DNA of 64,000 nt. Source: Eledone cirrhosa. Taxonomy: Eukaryota. Below, one piece after another: positions 59,884 to 64,000 of this stretch. A program made the translations under genes and the position numbers. The stretch lies in the NCBI GenBank assembly GCA_964016885.1, contig OZ024740.1, positions 333,994,001 to 334,058,000 of the forward strand, read 5' to 3'. Numbering within the stretch: position 1 is the first letter of the stretch; each line of letters begins with the position of its first letter. Below the pieces are notes generated by a model. That model was not told where the DNA came from. It did not search any database and saw only the letters and a list, made by a program, of their open reading frames with translations.

Positions 59884-60700
59884 GCAAACGTCAACAATGA
59901 AAAAGGGGTTAGTAGGAGGAAACATATTACAGTAAGTATGTGGATTGAAATCTATTGGAGTAAGGTGTGAAATTCTAATATATACATCCAATATCAAAAT
60001 AATGCTAACGCAAACTATGTATTTAGTTAATTGAATATACAACGAACACAAACAATGCTTCTCTGATTGATAAAGAAGGTTAACTATAATTCCGTTTGAA
60101 TAAAAAAACCTTATATATATTATATATATATATATTGTGATATATGTAATACTTGTATTTCTTAATATAGTTCACTCTTTTATAGTTCCTCATATACATT
60201 TCGGCATATACATTGATATATTATTGTTCAATGAATACTTTTATATGATCATTCTTATGAAATTGTGTATATTTCCCTACAAACAAGACTGGCAAAAATT
60301 TAATAATCTCCTGACATCAAAGATTTTCGTCATATAAATAACAAATTTCATTAATAGGTTTTTCTAATCAGTAACTAAAGAGAATAATGTTAACGTCACA
60401 CATTGTAAAAATTCTTCCTTACTTTAACTTAACCCTAAGTATTCTAATACTATAAAAAGACTTCTCAGTTTAGAATTATTTACGGTCGCTTCTCTTGAAA
60501 CATAAATATAACTTATCGCTTGTATGTAGGAAACAAAATTGTTTACGCTATTTTGAAATTCAACTCATGTAATGTTTTATTTGCCTTCAGCATTGATGAT
60601 ATATATATTTTAATGGTTTTTCACACCTCATGCAGCCACCTCTTCAAAAACACTTTTTTTAATATCCCCCTCATACTTTTTTACTTTATATGCGTATATG

Positions 60701-60762
<62 letters not shown>

Positions 60763-60763
<1 letters not shown>

Positions 60764-61599
60764 GAGGTGTGTCAGAAAAGTTCCAGGACTGATGTCACAA
60801 AAGATTTATTTCAAACCCAAACTTCACACTAAGAGTTTTCTCCTTCAAAGTAATCCCCCTGGTGTATGTCACTGTAATCTTAGCTCTCTGCAGTGATCAC
60901 ACTTTTTTCTTCATAATTTTATTTGCATGTCCTCTGTTTCAGGTCGTCAAGCAATGAGCACAGGGCAACGAACAAACTTGAAGTTTCTGGTACGGTTGGG
61001 GAAACCTCCGTCAGAAGCACTGGGATTGCTGCAGCAAGTGTATGGAGATGAGAAGATGTCACGCTCACGTGTTTTTGAGCAAGAGGTTTAAAGAAGGACG
61101 CGAGGACGTGGAAGATGACCCCAGGAGCGGAAGGCAGATGGGCGTAGCGATCGTCGGCTGACTGTTCGATTGATAGCAAATGAGCTGGGCATGAATCGGG
61201 ACAGCTTCTGGAAGTTTCTCACTGAAGAGTTGGACTTGCGGAGAGTCTGCGCGAAGATTGTGCCAAAACTACTGAACGATGACCAGAAGGGTCGACGTAT
61301 GCAAGTGTGCCAAGACATCCTCGAGCGTCTTGAAACCGAACCAGTCTTGCTAAGGACAGTCATCACCGGCGATGAGTCATGGATCTTCGAGTACAACTCG
61401 GAGGGGACCCGTTTTGAAAACGTGGACATCAAAAAGGCCGTGACGACGGAACTGCGGAGCATTCCGGAAGAATCCTTCCAGGAGTGCATGCAAGCGTGGC
61501 AGAAAAGGATGGAAACGTGCACTAGACTCTTAGTGTGAAGTTTGGGTTTGAAATAAATCTTTTGTGACATCAGTCCTGGAACTTTTCTGTCACACCTCC
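60763..61599 (+). mobile_element. Internally deleted mariner transposon, 74-bp TIRs, TA target duplication
   Basis: TIRs 60763-60836 and 61526-61599; VYGD..MSRSRVF, EDVEDDPRSGR, VCAKIVPKLL, VITGDESWIFEY, W.KR...C; second and third catalytic Asp region deleted. Confidence 0.93.
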
Positions 61600-61619
61600 T
61601 ATATATAGTCACACATACA

Positions 61620-62640
61620 ATGTGTGTGGTGAATTGCTGAGTGCAGGAAAAGATGAGTGGTAAATTGCTAGTTATGGGTTTGTATAGAGTGTAGGAGATG
61701 AATTATTGTGTTAACTGATGTATTGTAATAGTGGGTGTTGGTAGGTAATGAATGTCAGACTGGAAGAAGGTTACATTAACGCCATGTACGTAAGCTGGCA
61801 GGATCAGTGGACCTCTCTTTGGCCGCTTCCGGATATGACACTTAGATATGCTCAACATATTTCAATTAGAAGTGTTGCACATTATGCGCACGTTTAAGGT
61901 TATGTTGATATATACTATTTTTTTTCTCCTCCTTTGTTTGTTGATTATGTAATATCACATTTCCAATAGCTGTTTATGCCGCAAGTTCACTAAATTCAAT
62001 TTATTATATTTCTATTTACGATTAGGTTCAATAGTTTTCTTAATTCTGGAGATGACGTGTGTTATTAAGTACAGATTTTTGTCATGTCGGATTTTATTTG
62101 ATTCTGATTTACTAGATTATTCATTCACAATTGACTCATTAGTTTTATAGTCGTATTTGGGTGGACATATGGCTTGACTTATTTCCTTCTCGTACTTATT
62201 TGTTACTTGAGTGGTCAAAGCTTTTGAATTAATTGGCGGGTACTGTAGAGACTCAGCTGAGCTGGTTCAGTCCTGCGCCAGTTAATTGAGCGTAGGATTA
62301 AAGTCGGTGAACGTATGTTTACCAGAATCTCTGGTCGCTACTTTTGGCTACTAGATTTAGTGGTTGTGTGTGTGTTCAATGAGAACGCTGTAGCCTAAGA
62401 TCATTATTATATACAAACTTTGAAATACGAAGCCTACATAAGTGTAACATTCGACATTCACTTACCATTATTTGGTGTGGATGAGTAACTTGTGTACCGA
62501 CAGGCGAGAACATATTTACATATAACCCAGTTATATCTAAATGTAAGTGAGAATCGAATTTTGGGTTGAGATTGGTCAATTTGTTTGTAGCAAAGGAAAC
62601 TATCGTATGTAGTACTTCAGGTGACCGCTGCAATATCAAA
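61620..62640 (-). pseudogene. Heavily decayed PLE (RT motif A to GIY-YIG remnants)
   Basis: NKLTNLNP...LDITGLYVN (motif A-like), FVYN...LQ, CNTSN; many stops and deletions. Confidence 0.42.
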
Positions 62641-63108
62641 TATAGCGTTTAACGGAATTAGTATTTTTTGACATATAAAAAAAAATAAAAGCTTTTCGTA
62701 CATCGTTGATTTATGGTAGCTTAATGGTATTATCTCATTACTCTTAAGACTTCACCCAATTTTCTTCACATATTTGTTAGAGTGATGGACTATGTTCAAA
62801 ATTTCTCCTGTAGTATCAGCACAAATAAAGTAACAAAGATGTAAATTAGATATAAATAAACATATGTTTTAAAGTTAATTGAAAATAGTGTAAATGACGT
62901 AACATTCCATACCATCGTAACTCCAAATCAGCTCTCATATATAAGGATTTCATTTTCCCTAGCTAAGGATGTTTTGTTATCAAATACAGGCTCACTAATC
63001 TTTGTAGAGACTCAGAAATAAATATATGGTGTATTAGAGTATCTATGCAGCAGTAGGGACCGCCAGAATCACAAACCCGAAGGTAAAAAGAATCAACAAA
63101 AAAATCTA

Positions 63109-63278
<170 letters not shown>

Positions 63279-63316
63279 CAGAGAGAGATACTTACATATA
63301 TACATATGTATATATA

Positions 63317-63425
<109 letters not shown>

Positions 63426-63426
63426 T

Positions 63427-63492
63427 TTTTTAAATAACAGATTAAATGTTAAGTAAAGAATCGCCGCTTTCACCCTTAACGGGATCTTCTGA
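63427..63492 (-). repeat. Family F 3' end with HHR-like motif
   Basis: Minus strand: CAGAAGA-t-ccc(gttaa)ggg-t-GAAA-gcggcgattc. Confidence 0.55.
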
Positions 63493-63564
63493 AACTAAAA
63501 AAGTCAATCTGTGATGGCAGAAGTAAATACTTCAAAAAACGTTGCAACCGATGGAAGACAGGAA

Positions 63565-63835
63565 GACGATACTCTGGCAAAGAACGGAAAAAACGAAGAT
63601 AATACGTCATTATTTGGGGCGTTGAAAACAATTACACGCAAAGACAAAACCACGTTTATGGTATAAAGGAAGTCGTAGACTAATATTCTATTAGGTGGCT
63701 CATAGAGACGTTCTCTGGCAATGAAGGAAAAAACGAAGATGAACGTCATTATGTGGAACGATGAGGACAATTGCACGCAAAGACAAAACCACGTAAATAG
63801 TATAACTGAAATCGTAGACTAAAATTCTATTTAGG
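63565..63835 (+). repeat. Diverged tandem duplication, period about 142 bp
   Basis: ctctggcaa..ggaaaaaacgaagat..acgtcattat..cacgcaaagacaaaaccacgt..tcgtagactaa occurs twice. Confidence 0.85.
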
Positions 63836-64000
63836 AAACCGAATGATTCTCGGCTTCAGTGTTAAGAATAAAGTAAATAAAATACAGAGGTAATTGAAAT
63901 TAAATATATACATACACGCATCCATATACGTACATACACAAGCATACGCGAAAACACTCGCCATGGGTATGTAAATACAAGCACGTACACAAAAAAACCA

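Overview
Eukaryotic, AT-rich, microsatellite-saturated DNA, most likely from an octopod cephalopod (inferred from the tRNA-derived SINE sequence and the (TA)n/(TG)n landscape). I can support no host protein-coding gene; nearly all long track ORFs are YI/VC/HT artefacts of dinucleotide repeats. The window is a nest of mobile elements. (1) An intact Penelope-like element (PLE; RT + C-terminal GIY-YIG ORF 37260-39401, Hydra-clade-like signatures) with ~3.7-kb direct repeats, each carrying a ~2.8-kb TA/TG mosaic and a hammerhead ribozyme (HHR). (2) At least seven further truncated or decayed PLEs, several with inverted pseudo-LTRs. (3) Two non-coding, circularly permuted, HHR-containing tandem families (~420-470 bp and 553 bp units) that look like retrozymes. 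(4) About 21 recognisable type I HHR motifs from about 11 sequence families, plus snap-back half-ribozymes. (5) A full-length but frameshifted Tx1/L1-group LINE (14582-20454) and a relative, both inserted at ATTATT, with a 3' tail resembling the SINE tail. (6) Decayed RTE, CRE-like and mariner elements. The most interesting picture is a (TA)n-targeting PLE/ribozyme system that appears to copy from circular or uncleaved RNA templates and carries its own target microsatellite. The strand-asymmetric TA-to-TG pattern of that microsatellite may record A-to-I editing (inference).
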